Part shown: piece by piece, positions 7,426-15,842 of the stretch | Layout: each line of letters opens with the position of its first letter | How positions within the stretch are numbered: position 1 is the stretch's first letter | Origin: a virus | Lineage: Duplodnaviria; Heunggongvirae; Uroviricota; Caudoviricetes | IMG/VR virus record: IMGVR_UViG_2690316064_000002 | Strand: one strand, 5' to 3' | Length of the DNA stretch: 21,765 nt | Translations under genes and position numbers: made by a program | Notes under the pieces: model-generated | Told to the model about the DNA's origin: nothing | The model's database searches: none | Seen by the model: only the letters and a program-made list of their open reading frames with translations

Positions 7426-8321
7426 AAATCCACCCCGTAAATCCAGTCAGTGTTTGTCAGGTCGAGTTTTGGTTTTCCAGCTGTCACGCCAGCCTGTTGC
7501 TTGTTACGGTTGATTTCGAGCTGGGTCCACTTGTCGCGGAGTTTGGCCGGACTTAGCACGTTACCGGACCAGAAGTTGTCCTGGCATGCCCAGCGGAACA
7601 GCACGCACATGTCGCGGTGGTTACGTCCGTCACGTTCACGCATCAGGCGGATATCGTTAGCCCACCCTGCAAAATTCGGTTTTCTGGCTGATGGTGCGAT
7701 GGTCTTCACCATGTCAAACATCCACTCTGCGGCGGTCAGGTCTTCTGCTGTTCCCCACTTGCTGCCGCTCTGAATTGCAGCATCCGGTTTAACCACAGAA
7801 AGATCGTTTTCTGGCTGGTCAGAGGATTCGCCAGAATTCTCGGACGAATAATCTTTTCTTTTTTCTTTTGTAATAGTGTCTTTTGTGTCCCCCTGTTTTG
7901 AGGGATAGCAATCCCCCAATTTGAGGGATGTTTTATCCCTCGTTTTAGGGGATTTTCCCTCGTTTTGAGGGATACACCATTCTGAGATGTTTTTATTTGG
8001 TCCAAACATGCCGCCTTGCTGCTTGATAATATTCATTCTGACGAGTTCTAACTTGGCTTCATTGCACCGTTTGACAGGTAACTTTGTAATCTCGCTAAGT
8101 TGAGAATCGGTGATTCTGTCCATTGGTTTATTCCACCCATAGGTTTTACGCAGAATGGCAAGCAGCACTTTAAACTGTCGCTTGGTCAGATCTGCGCCTG
8201 AATAAGCCTCAAGCAGCATATTTGATAGTCTGGCGTAACCATCATCGAGATCTGCCACATTACGCTCCTGTTTGGCAAAGTTACCTCTGCAGAAGTTGAG
8301 TATTTTGGCTGTATTTGTCAT
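7422..8321 (-). CDS. O: Replication initiator O
   Basis: 299 aa beginning MTNTAKILNFCRGNFAKQERNVADLDDGYARLSNMLLEAY..., matching lambda O; contains the ori iterons internally. Confidence 0.95.
   Translation of the reverse strand: MTNTAKILNFCRGNFAKQERNVADLDDGYARLSNMLLEAYSGADLTKRQFKVLLAILRKTYGWNKPMDRITDSQLSEITKLPVKRCNEAKLELVRMNIIKQQGGMFGPNKNISEWCIPQNEGKSPKTRDKTSLKLGDCYPSKQGDTKDTITKEKRKDYSSENSGESSDQPENDLSVVKPDAAIQSGSKWGTAEDLTAAEWMFDMVKTIAPSARKPNFAGWANDIRLMRERDGRNHRDMCVLFRWACQDNFWSGNVLSPAKLRDKWTQLEINRNKQQAGVTAGKPKLDLTNTDWIYGVDL
7845..7975. repeat. ori-lambda: four about 19-bp iterons (O-binding sites) plus adjacent AT-rich region, inside the O gene
   Basis: Tandem TCCCCCTGTTTTGAGGGATA / ATCCCCCAATTTGAGGGATG / TATCCCTCGTTTTAGGGGAT / TTCCCTCGTTTTGAGGGATA next to the A/T-rich stretch CTTTTCTTTTTTCTTTTGTAATAG. 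Confidence 0.88.
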
Positions 8322-8324
8322 AAT
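8296..8324 (+). promoter_or_regulatory. po-like promoter for oop RNA (-35 TTGAGT, 17 bp, -10 CATAAT)
   Basis: Hexamers at 8296-8301 and 8319-8324, positioned just upstream of the oop-like sequence. Confidence 0.45.
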
Positions 8325-8331
8325 GCCCCCT

Positions 8332-8407
8332 GTAGATTGATCCAGTAATTCCCTCAGAATTGCATATCAATTTGCTTAAAATCCTCGGTGGCGGCCGGGG
8401 ATTTTTT
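8332..8407 (+). ncRNA. oop: oop-like antisense RNA overlapping the 3' end of cII
   Basis: TGTAGATTGATCCAGTAATTCCCTCAG... resembles lambda oop (GUUGAUAGAUCCAGUAAUGACCUCAG...); ends in a CCUCGG/CCGGGG hairpin plus U6 (8383-8407); antisense to the cII stop at 8354. Confidence 0.55.
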
Positions 8408-8650
8408 CTTTGTGATTTCAGCAAGCGCATACTTAAAAGCCCTGCTAATCGGACTGATGTCTGATGCCATTCCGAAAGCACACAAGACCGAAGCAATAAA
8501 TCTCCAGTCCGTTCTGCTTATCTTCGATTCATGACAGCCAATCATCTTTGCCAGACCGCGCTGGGTAAGCGTTGATAGGTTGATGAGTAAATCTGTTTCT
8601 GCGCGATCAACGTCACGCTGTGATAGTTTGCTGTAACTTGTTCGTTCCAT
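8354..8650 (-). CDS. cII: CII-like transcriptional activator, divergent from lambda cII
   Basis: 98 aa; C-terminal pattern KKKSPAATEDFKQIDMQF parallels lambda cII (KKRPAATERSEQIQMEF) but the body differs; sits in the cII position between cro and O. Confidence 0.75.
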   Translation of the reverse strand: MERTSYSKLSQRDVDRAETDLLINLSTLTQRGLAKMIGCHESKISRTDWRFIASVLCAFGMASDISPISRAFKYALAEITKKKSPAATEDFKQIDMQF

Positions 8651-8661
8651 TTCTTAAGATT
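8628..8661 (+). promoter_or_regulatory. pRE-like CII-dependent promoter (TTGC-N6-TTGT repeat and AAGATT -10), directed toward cI across the cII start
   Basis: TTGCtgtaacTTGT...AAGATT has the same architecture as lambda pRE (TTGCgtttgtTTGC...AAGTAT) and spans the cII start codon. Confidence 0.4.
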
Positions 8662-8735
8662 TCCAATAGTGAATAGTTAGTTGAAAGGTATGCGTGGAAA
8701 CGCATATGGCCTTAGTTGGTCAGATATCTTGGGAC

Positions 8736-8750
8736 TCGCTTTGTCAGCGA
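8736..8750 (-). promoter_or_regulatory. nutR boxB hairpin, P22-type (GACAA pentaloop)
   Basis: Minus-strand UCGCUGACAAAGCGA between cro and cII; it is a near-copy of the nutL boxB at 11447-11461, and the GACAA-loop form is what I recall for P22 rather than lambda. Confidence 0.5.
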
Positions 8751-8788
8751 CGTAGGACGAATGTCCATTGTGAAAATAGCGGTGTTAC

Positions 8789-8998
<210 letters not shown>

Positions 8999-9015
8999 TT
9001 AGTACATGCAACCAT

Positions 9016-9083
9016 TATCACCGCTAGAGGTAAAATAGTCAACACGCACGGTGTTAGATATTTATCCCTTGCGGTGATAGATT
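9016..9083. promoter_or_regulatory. Right operator: oR1 (9016-9032), oR2 (9040-9056), oR3 (9062-9078) with divergent pR (-10 at 9014-9019, -35 at 9037-9042, minus strand) and pRM (-35 TAGATA, -10 TAGATT at 9077-9082, plus strand)
   Basis: oR2 and oR3 are identical to the lambda 17-mers as I recall them; oR1 differs at one base (see findings). cI starts at 9090 directly at the pRM start region (leaderless arrangement as in lambda). Confidence 0.9.
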
Positions 9084-9086
9084 TAA

Positions 9087-9803
<717 letters not shown>

Positions 9804-9880
9804 GGCCAGCAACGGATCACAACAAACACATGGGGCGGCGGATTAAGGGTGATGGAGAATCGAAATAAGTTGAGGTCAAC

Positions 9881-10036
9881 ATGAACACGTTCAGCATAAT
9901 CGCGATACCTTTTTTTGCCCTTTCAGTGGTTCTGTTGACTCTTGGCGCTACCAGGAAGAACCAAGCCAGCTTCATCGTTGGCGGCGTGTTTATGGCGTCA
10001 TGCGTGGTTAATGCCATTATCGGCATGTCTCTTTGA
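9881..10036 (+). CDS. Hypothetical small membrane peptide (51 aa, two hydrophobic segments); first gene of the rex-position cassette
   Basis: ATG at 9881 preceded by GAGG; MNTFSIIAIPFFALSVVLLTLGATRKNQASFIVGGVFMASCVVNAIIGMSL. Below the track length cut-off; it conflicts with the 69-aa minus-strand track ORF, which I consider spurious. Confidence 0.4.
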   Translation: MNTFSIIAIPFFALSVVLLTLGATRKNQASFIVGGVFMASCVVNAIIGMSL

Positions 10037-10228
10037 GCGCTATGAGATCAGGCATCCTCGTTACTTTGTCATGTGTGACAGCCTGGTATGCACTCTGCGA
10101 GCTTTGATGTGGTTTACCACTTTAATAGTCACCGTATCACTAAACTGATTAGCTTTACTCATACTCTTGTGGATTCGCTATTTCTGATGTCAATGCAAAA
10201 AAATACTAAGGAAACAAAAAGGATACTT

Positions 10229-10495
10229 ATGTCAGATAACACTATTAAAATCATACCTCAGCACATGACCGCCACATCAGTTCTTATTACGCCTGATCGT
10301 GCTGAAACAATCATTACTTTTTACCGCCATGAATTTGAGCATCACATGCAGTCTGATGAGCAAGGAAAGAATAGCTTCCAAGTAAAAGTTGAGTTGACCC
10401 CTAACATGTCAGTCTCAATGAGCCCGGATCAAGCTGTTGCATTAGTAAAATCATTACAGGTAGCTCTCAGGGATAATGGGCTATGGAAAGACTGA
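10229..10495 (+). CDS. Hypothetical 88-aa soluble protein (rex-position cassette); alternative upstream start at 10088
   Basis: ATG at 10229 with AAGGA 7 nt upstream; the track's longer 135-aa version (from 10088) lacks a recognisable SD. No family recognised. Confidence 0.5.
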   Translation: MSDNTIKIIPQHMTATSVLITPDRAETIITFYRHEFEHHMQSDEQGKNSFQVKVELTPNMSVSMSPDQAVALVKSLQVALRDNGLWKD

Positions 10496-11133
10496 AGCCA
10501 GTTTCTTCAGTTCAACCTACCTCAGGAATAACATCATCAGTTCTTCCAAGTATTATAGTTAGTGCAACCCTAGCAGCGACAACCGTTTCTCCTTATGGGG
10601 ATCCATCTCAGTACCAAAGTATTGGTATTGATGCTAAGGTATCAAATAGAGTTTCATACGCCATGGACGAAACGGGTTTGCGCCCAAGTAAGGAAGATGT
10701 AGCGATGAAGAGTGATACCCTGGAGGTAAGCGTGAGCGGAATGTCCAGAGAAGAACTTGACGCAAAGCTTTCACAAAACAAATCAGAGGTAGAGTCTATT
10801 GCTGCGGAAATGCGTCGCGAATCAGCTGACTTTAAAACCTATTATACTCAGCAATTTTCTTCTATTGAGAGAGGTATTGCTGAAATTAAAGGTGAAATCG
10901 GCGGTTTGAAAACGGGACTTACAACGACTCAGTGGGCGATGGCCGTTGGCTTGACTTTAGTTACTGTGATTCTGTCTGGCGTGATGTTAGCCTCAAGTTG
11001 GATTATCTCCGGCAATGACAAGTCACCATCAGTAACCAGCCCGGCTCCAATTATAATACAGGTACCGACACAGCAACCATTAACGAGCGCTCCAACTAAC
11101 CAATCGTCATCACAACAAGCTCCTAAGCAATAA
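10483..11133 (+). CDS. Hypothetical membrane-anchored protein: N-terminal soluble/coiled-coil region, one TM helix, C-terminal Pro/Ser/Thr/Gln-rich tail (rex-position cassette)
   Basis: Start overlaps the upstream stop (ATGGAAAGACTGA), indicating translational coupling. Helical heptad-like stretch SREELDAKLSQNKSEVESIAAEMRRESADFK; TM TTTQWAMAVGLTLVTVILSGVMLASSWIISG; tail SPAPIIIQVPTQQPLTSAPTNQSSSQQAPKQ. Confidence 0.6.
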   Translation: MERLKPVSSVQPTSGITSSVLPSIIVSATLAATTVSPYGDPSQYQSIGIDAKVSNRVSYAMDETGLRPSKEDVAMKSDTLEVSVSGMSREELDAKLSQNKSEVESIAAEMRRESADFKTYYTQQFSSIERGIAEIKGEIGGLKTGLTTTQWAMAVGLTLVTVILSGVMLASSWIISGNDKSPSVTSPAPIIIQVPTQQPLTSAPTNQSSSQQAPKQ

Positions 11134-11138
11134 ATAAA

Positions 11139-11165
11139 CCCGGCCACCGCGCCGGGTTTTCTTTG
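11139..11165 (+). terminator. Strong intrinsic terminator ending the cI-distal lysogenic operon (timm-like)
   Basis: CCCGGC-CACCGC-GCCGGG hairpin followed by TTTTCTTTG, 6 nt after the stop of the 216-aa gene and before oL3. Confidence 0.7.
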
Positions 11166-11316
11166 CCTCACGTTCGCCCCAAAACACATAACCAATTGTA
11201 TTTATTTGAAAATTAATAGATACAACTCACTAAACATCGCAATTCAGATCTCTCGATCACCTCCCAAGCCACACACCCCTGCAAAAAAATAAATCTATAT
11301 AAAAAACATACAGATA

Positions 11317-11378
11317 ACCATCTGCGGTGATAAATTATCTCTGGCGGTGTTGACATAAATACCACTGGCGGTGATACT
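11317..11378 (+). promoter_or_regulatory. Left operator/promoter: oL3 (11317-11333), oL2 (11336-11352), oL1 (11360-11376), pL -35 TTGACA (11350-11355) and -10 GATACT (11373-11378)
   Basis: TATCTCTGGCGGTGTTGACATAAATACCACTGGCGGTGATACT is the canonical lambda oL/pL sequence; similarity to lambda ends about 20 bp downstream of the -10. Confidence 0.92.
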
Positions 11379-11446
11379 AAACACATCAGCAGGACGCACT
11401 ACTCACCAGGGCGGTGAATATACAACGATTCGAATATGAATCTACG

Positions 11447-11461
11447 GCGCTGACAAAGCGC
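11447..11461 (+). promoter_or_regulatory. nutL boxB hairpin, P22-type (GCGCUGACAAAGCGC)
   Basis: Perfect 5-bp stem with GACAA loop in the pL leader; paired with a P22-like N protein downstream. Confidence 0.55.
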
Positions 11462-11626
11462 AATAACCAAAGTGAACTTTGGGGTGTGGTGAAGGGTTCA
11501 TGGACGGGAATATGTCGCACGTAAAGCGGCGAGGCCTGCGGGACTATTGCCGAATTGAAGTAGGCCGAAACAGGTCGAAATGGGTCTCCCACCTACCACA
11601 CCACCAAAGTTCATCAGGAGGTCTAT

Positions 11627-12010
11627 ATGACACGCAGAACTCAGTTCAAAGGCAATTCACGTTCTCGTCGTCGTGAGCGTTTAAAGGCAAAGGCATTAGC
11701 TAACGGCGTACTGGCCCGCGAAGAAGCAATAAGTTCAGAAGTATTACACCGCCCTACTCTAAGCAGAGCGCAGATTCAGGCTAAAGGTACTCACGAAACG
11801 CCTGAGCGCATAGAAGACGCTAAGCCAATTAAGTTCATTGCACAGGACGTGATCTGGCAACAGAAAGAATACAGACGCAATCTGGAGCGAGCGGCCATTG
11901 TGTACGCGAATGAGTTTGGACATAAGCAACCAGAAACTGGTGTATGTCTTCCAAACGTAGCCATTTACGCGGCAGGATACCGGAAATCAAAACAACTGAC
12001 AGCCAGGTAA
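11627..12010 (+). CDS. N: N-family transcription antiterminator, P22 gp24-like (not lambda N)
   Basis: 127 aa; arginine-rich motif near the N-terminus (NSRSRRRERLKAKALA) and C-terminal LPNVAIYAAGYRKSKQLTAR resembling the P22 gene 24 protein end; SD AGGAGG at 11615-11620. Confidence 0.8.
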   Translation: MTRRTQFKGNSRSRRRERLKAKALANGVLAREEAISSEVLHRPTLSRAQIQAKGTHETPERIEDAKPIKFIAQDVIWQQKEYRRNLERAAIVYANEFGHKQPETGVCLPNVAIYAAGYRKSKQLTAR

Positions 12011-12013
12011 GTG

Positions 12014-12238
12014 ATGAATCAGACATACATTCCATCATGCTTGAGAAATCTGCCAAAGCAGAAAGCAAAGCCCCGCAAGCAAGCCATAAAGGACGCTAAG
12101 GCAGAGGTTATTGATCAAGCAATACAATTGCTCAGGAAGGAGTTAAGAAGTGGCAAGCTCGAAGGAATGATGATGCCCTATCAGCGCGGATATCTATCGG
12201 CGATTAGTAAGTTGGAAGTATTGAAGAGTGAATTATGA
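12014..12238 (+). CDS. Hypothetical basic 74-aa protein immediately downstream of N
   Basis: ATG at 12014 (GTG at 12011) abutting the N stop, AGGT upstream; predicted helical; no family recognised. Occupies the interval where lambda, by my mapping, has roughly 0.4 kb more sequence. Confidence 0.4.
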   Translation: MNQTYIPSCLRNLPKQKAKPRKQAIKDAKAEVIDQAIQLLRKELRSGKLEGMMMPYQRGYLSAISKLEVLKSEL

Positions 12239-12300
12239 ACTATCTGGAATTTCCGGATGGTTCATTGTTTTGGCAGCAAACCACTTATTTGAGGTGAGAT

Positions 12301-12387
12301 ATGGAAGAAGAATTTGAAGAGTTCGAAGAGCATCCTCAGGATGTGATGGAACAATACCAGGACTATCCGTATGACTGCGACTATTGA
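12301..12387 (+). CDS. orf28-like small acidic ORF (MEEEFEEFEEHPQDVMEQYQDYPYDCDY)
   Basis: 28-aa ORF with GAGGTGAG SD; overlaps the ral start by 17 nt, as the lambda orf28/ral pair does in my recollection. Confidence 0.45.
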   Translation: MEEEFEEFEEHPQDVMEQYQDYPYDCDY

Positions 12388-12468
12388 TAAGAATCAATGG
12401 TGTGGGCAATACGAACGACGGCAATGATTGTCAGAGAACTTGGTAAACAGAACAACAAAGCTGCCTGA
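12371..12468 (+). pseudogene. ral: ral (restriction alleviation) remnant with an internal out-of-frame deletion of about 103 bp
   Basis: N-terminus MTATIDKNQWCGQ matches lambda Ral, then the frame changes and stops at 12425; the Ral C-terminus WAIRTTAMIVRELGKQNNKAA is present in another frame ending at 12468. Both parts join at a shared TGGGCAAT. Confidence 0.5.
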
Positions 12469-12604
12469 TAGTGGCCTTTATTTTTGGCATAAATAACAGA
12501 ATAAACACTGCACTGTGTATTCATTCCAACGAGTGAATACACGGAGCAATGTCGCTCGTAACTAAACAGGAGCCGACTTGTTCTGATTATTGGAAATCTT
12601 CTTT

Positions 12605-12630
12605 GCCCTCCAGTGTGAGGGCGATTTTTT
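12605..12630 (+). terminator. Intrinsic terminator (GCCCTC-CAGTGT-GAGGGC plus T6) upstream of ea10; tL-type
   Basis: 6-bp GC stem, 6-nt loop, followed by GATTTTTTAT. Confidence 0.6.
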
Positions 12631-12650
12631 ATCTATGAGGATATGAACAG

Positions 12651-13019
12651 ATGTCAAACATCAAAAAATACATCATTGATTACGACTGGAAAGCATCAAT
12701 AGAAATTGAAATCGACCATGACGTAATGACAGAGGAAAAACTTCACCAGATTAATAATTTCTGGTCAGACTCTGAATACCGACTCAATAAACACGGCTCT
12801 GTATTAAATGCTGTATTAATCATGCTGGCGCAATATGCTCTGCTTATAGCAATTTCGAAAGACTTAAATGCATATGGTGTTGTTTGTGAGTTCGACTGGG
12901 ATGATGGAAATGGTCAGGAAGGATGGCCTCCAATGGATGGTAGTGAAGGAATAAGAATTACCGATATCGATACATCAGGAATATTTGATTCAGATGATAT
13001 GACTATCAAGGCCGCCTGA
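12651..13019 (+). CDS. ea10: Ea10-like early protein (122 aa)
   Basis: Same length and position as lambda ea10 between ral and cIII; recognised by position and length, sequence recollection is weaker. Confidence 0.7.
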   Translation: MSNIKKYIIDYDWKASIEIEIDHDVMTEEKLHQINNFWSDSEYRLNKHGSVLNAVLIMLAQYALLIAISKDLNAYGVVCEFDWDDGNGQEGWPPMDGSEGIRITDIDTSGIFDSDDMTIKAA

Positions 13020-13091
13020 GTGCGGTTTTACCGCATACCAATAACGCTTCACTCGAGGCGTTTTTCGTTATGTATAAATAAGGAGCACACC

Positions 13092-13256
13092 ATGCAATAT
13101 GCCATTGCAGGGTGGCCTGTTGCTGGCTGCCCTTCCGAATCTTTACTTGAACGAATCACCCGTAAATTACGTGACGGATGGAAACGCCTTATCGACATAC
13201 TTAATCAGCCAGGAGTCCCAAAGAATGGATCAAACACTTATGGCTATCCAGACTAA
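13092..13256 (+). CDS. cIII: CIII (FtsH/HflB inhibitor)
   Basis: 54 aa [54 protein letters not shown] = lambda cIII; the track ORF begins earlier in the same frame. Confidence 0.9.
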   Translation: MQYAIAGWPVAGCPSESLLERITRKLRDGWKRLIDILNQPGVPKNGSNTYGYPD

Positions 13257-13368
13257 ATTCACTATCGCCACTTTTATTGGCGATGAAAAGATGTTTCGTG
13301 AAGCCGTCGACGCTTATAAAAAATGGATATTAATGCTGAAACTGAGATCAAGCAAAAGCATTCACTAA
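13225..13368 (+). CDS. kil: Kil (host-killing FtsZ inhibitor)
   Basis: 47 aa [47 protein letters not shown]; overlaps cIII by 32 nt and gam by 46 nt, as in lambda. Confidence 0.8.
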   Translation: MDQTLMAIQTKFTIATFIGDEKMFREAVDAYKKWILMLKLRSSKSIH

Positions 13369-13739
13369 CCCCCTTTCCTGTTTTCCTAATCAGCCTGGCA
13401 TTTCGCGGGCGATATTTTCACAGCTATTTCAGGAGTTCAGCCATGAACGCTTATTACATTCAGGATCGTCTTGAGGCTCAGAGCTGGGCGCGTCACTACC
13501 AGCAGATCGCCCGTGAAGAGAAAGAGGCAGAACTGGCAGACGACATGGAAAAAGGCCTGCCCCAGCACCTGTTTGAATCGCTATGCATCGATCATTTGCA
13601 ACGCCACGGGGCCAGCAAAAAAGCCATTACCCGTGCGTTTGATGACGATGTTGGGTTTCAGGAGCGCATGGCAGAACACATCCGGTACATGGTTGAAACC
13701 ATTGCTCACCACCAGGTTGATATTGATTCAGAGGTATAA
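13323..13739 (+). CDS. gam: Gam (RecBCD inhibitor); internal start at 13443 (MNAYYIQ..., SD AGGAG) gives the 98-aa GamS form
   Basis: 138-aa translation matches lambda Gam; the strong internal SD supports the short form as the major product. Confidence 0.93.
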   Translation: MDINAETEIKQKHSLTPFPVFLISLAFRGRYFHSYFRSSAMNAYYIQDRLEAQSWARHYQQIAREEKEAELADDMEKGLPQHLFESLCIDHLQRHGASKKAITRAFDDDVGFQERMAEHIRYMVETIAHHQVDIDSEV

Positions 13740-13744
13740 AACGG

Positions 13745-14530
13745 ATGAGTACAGCACTCGCAACGCTGGCAGGGAAGCTGGCTGAACGTGTCGGCATGGA
13801 TTCTGTCGACCCACAGGAACTGATCACCACTCTTCGCCAGACGGCATTTAAAGGTGATGCCAGCGATGCGCAGTTCATCGCATTGTTGATCGTCGCCAAC
13901 CAGTACGGCCTTAATCCGTGGACGAAAGAAATTTACGCCTTCCCTGATAAGCAGAACGGCATTGTTCCGGTGGTGGGCGTTGATGGCTGGTCCCGCATCA
14001 TCAATGAAAACCAGCAGTTTGATGGCATGGACTTTGAGCAGGACAATGAATCCTGTACATGCCGGATTTACCGCAAGGACCGCAATCATCCGATCTGCGT
14101 TACCGAGTGGATGGATGAATGCCGCCGCGAACCATTCAAAACCCGCGAAAGCAGAGAAATCACGGGGCCGTGGCAGTCGCATCCCAAACGGATGTTACGG
14201 CATAAAGCCATGATTCAGTGTGCCCGTCTCGCCTTCGGATTTGCTGGTATCTATGACAAGGATGAAGCCGAGCGCATTGTCGAAAATACCGCATACACTG
14301 CAGAACGTCAGCCGGAACGCGACATCACTCCGGTTAACGATGAAACCATGCAGGAGATTAACACTCTGCTGATTGCCCTGGATAAAACATGGGATGACGA
14401 CTTATTGCCGCTCTGTTCCCAGATATTTCGCCGCGACATTCGCGCATCGTCAGAACTGACACAGGCCGAAGCAGTGAAAGCTCTTGGATTCCTGAAACAG
14501 AAAGCCACTGAGCAGAAGGTGGCTGCATGA
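13745..14530 (+). CDS. bet: Bet (Red-beta single-strand annealing protein)
   Basis: 261 aa [59 protein letters not shown]... = lambda Beta. Confidence 0.95.
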   Translation: MSTALATLAGKLAERVGMDSVDPQELITTLRQTAFKGDASDAQFIALLIVANQYGLNPWTKEIYAFPDKQNGIVPVVGVDGWSRIINENQQFDGMDFEQDNESCTCRIYRKDRNHPICVTEWMDECRREPFKTRESREITGPWQSHPKRMLRHKAMIQCARLAFGFAGIYDKDEAERIVENTAYTAERQPERDITPVNDETMQEINTLLIALDKTWDDDLLPLCSQIFRRDIRASSELTQAEAVKALGFLKQKATEQKVAA

Positions 14531-15207
14531 CACCGGACATTATCCTGCAGCGTACCGGAATCGACGTGAGAGCTGTCGAACAGGGGGATGATGCGTGGCA
14601 CAAATTACGGCTCGGCGTCATCACCGCTTCAGAAGTTCACAATGTGATAGCAAAGCCCCGCTCAGGAAAGAAGTGGCCTGACATGAAAATGTCCTACTTC
14701 CACACCCTGCTGGCTGAGGTTTGCACCGGTGTGGCTCCGGAAGTTAATGCTAAGGCGCTGGCCTGGGGAAAACAGTACGAGAACGACGCCAGAGCCCTGT
14801 TTGAGTTCACTTCCGGCGTGAATGTTACTGAATCCCCGATCATCTATCGCGACGAAAGTATGCGCACCGCCTGCTCTCCCGATGGTTTATGCAGTGACGG
14901 CAACGGCCTTGAACTGAAATGCCCGTTTACCTCCCGGGATTTCATGAAATTCCGGCTCGGTGGTTTCGAGGCCATAAAGTCGGCTTACATGGCCCAGGTG
15001 CAGTACAGCATGTGGGTAACGCGAAAAGATGCCTGGTACTTTGCCAACTATGACCCACGAATGAAGCGTGAAGGCCTGCATTATGTCGTGGTTGAGCGGG
15101 ATGAAAATTACATGGCGAGTTTTGACGAGATGGTGCCGGAGTTCATCGAAAAAATGGACGAGGCACTGGCTGAAATTGGTTTTGCATTTGGGGAGCAATG
15201 GCGATGA
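14527..15207 (+). CDS. exo: Exo (lambda 5'-3' exonuclease, Red-alpha)
   Basis: 226 aa [65 protein letters not shown]... = lambda Exo; start overlaps the bet stop. Confidence 0.95.
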   Translation: MTPDIILQRTGIDVRAVEQGDDAWHKLRLGVITASEVHNVIAKPRSGKKWPDMKMSYFHTLLAEVCTGVAPEVNAKALAWGKQYENDARALFEFTSGVNVTESPIIYRDESMRTACSPDGLCSDGNGLELKCPFTSRDFMKFRLGGFEAIKSAYMAQVQYSMWVTRKDAWYFANYDPRMKREGLHYVVVERDENYMASFDEMVPEFIEKMDEALAEIGFAFGEQWR

Positions 15208-15386
15208 AGCATCCTCACGATAATATCCGGGTAGGCACGATCACTTTCGTCTACTCCGTTACAAAGCGAGGCTGGGTATTTCCCGGCCTTTCTGTTATCC
15301 GAAATCCCCTGAAAGCACAGCGGCTGGCTGAGGAGATAAATAATAAACGAGGGGCTGTATGCACAAAGCATCTCCTGTTGAGTTAA
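15204..15386 (+). CDS. orf60a-like small protein
   Basis: 60 aa [29 protein letters not shown]...; ATG overlaps the exo stop (ATGA). The track begins 2 codons earlier. Confidence 0.65.
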   Translation: MKHPHDNIRVGTITFVYSVTKRGWVFPGLSVIRNPLKAQRLAEEINNKRGAVCTKHLLLS

Positions 15387-15550
15387 GAACGAGCATTGAG
15401 ATGGCACATAGCCTTGCTCAAATTGGAGTCAGGTTTGTGCCAATACCAGTAGAAACAGACGAAGAATTTCATACGTTAGCCACATCCCTTTCACAAAAGC
15501 TGGAAATGATGGTGGCGAAAGCAGAAGCAGATGAGAGAGACCAGGTATGA
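15359..15550 (+). CDS. orf63-like small protein
   Basis: 63-aa ORF in the conserved position after orf60a. Confidence 0.65.
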   Translation: MHKASPVELRTSIEMAHSLAQIGVRFVPIPVETDEEFHTLATSLSQKLEMMVAKAEADERDQV

Positions 15551-15630
15551 CAACCACGGAATGCATTTTTCTGGCAGCGGGCTTCATATTCTGTGTGCTT
15601 ATGCTTGCCGACATGGGACTTGTTCAATGA
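15547..15630 (+). CDS. Hypothetical 27-aa hydrophobic peptide (MTTTECIFLAAGFIFCVLMLADMGLVQ), translationally coupled on both sides
   Basis: ATG overlaps the orf63 stop (ATGA) and its stop overlaps the next ATG (ATGA); below the track length cut-off. Confidence 0.3.
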   Translation: MTTTECIFLAAGFIFCVLMLADMGLVQ

Positions 15631-15842
15631 CACCTCAGCAGGAAAACGCCCTTCGCAGCATTGCCCGTCAGGCTAATTCTGAAATCAAAAAAGCCAGACA
15701 GCAGTTTCCGGATAAAAACGTCGATGACATTTGCCGTAGCGTACTGAAGAAGCACCGCGAAACGGTAACGCTGATGGGATTCACACCGACTCATTTAAGC
15801 CTGGCAATCGGCATGTTAAACGGCGTCTTTAAGGAACGATGA
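15627..15842 (+). CDS. orf61-like small protein (71 aa)
   Basis: ATG at 15627 (MTPQQENALRSIARQANSEIKKARQQFPDKN...); the track ORF begins upstream in the same frame. Confidence 0.55.
   Translation: MTPQQENALRSIARQANSEIKKARQQFPDKNVDDICRSVLKKHRETVTLMGFTPTHLSLAIGMLNGVFKER

Noticed and set aside
9817-10026. 69-aa minus-strand track ORF antisense to the first rex-position gene
   Set aside because: It runs against the cI operon with no SD, and its translation is not protein-like. The plus-strand 51-aa ORF with a GAGG SD fits better.
12233-12424. 63-aa minus-strand track ORF across the orf28/ral region
   Set aside because: It is antisense to the orf28/ral reading frames that match lambda, and has no RBS.
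13471-14624. Multiple track ORFs overlapping or antisense to gam, bet and exo (for example 13706..14182 -, 13962..14213 +, 14308..14601 -)
   Set aside because: They lie entirely within well-supported recombination genes in other frames; typical shadow ORFs.
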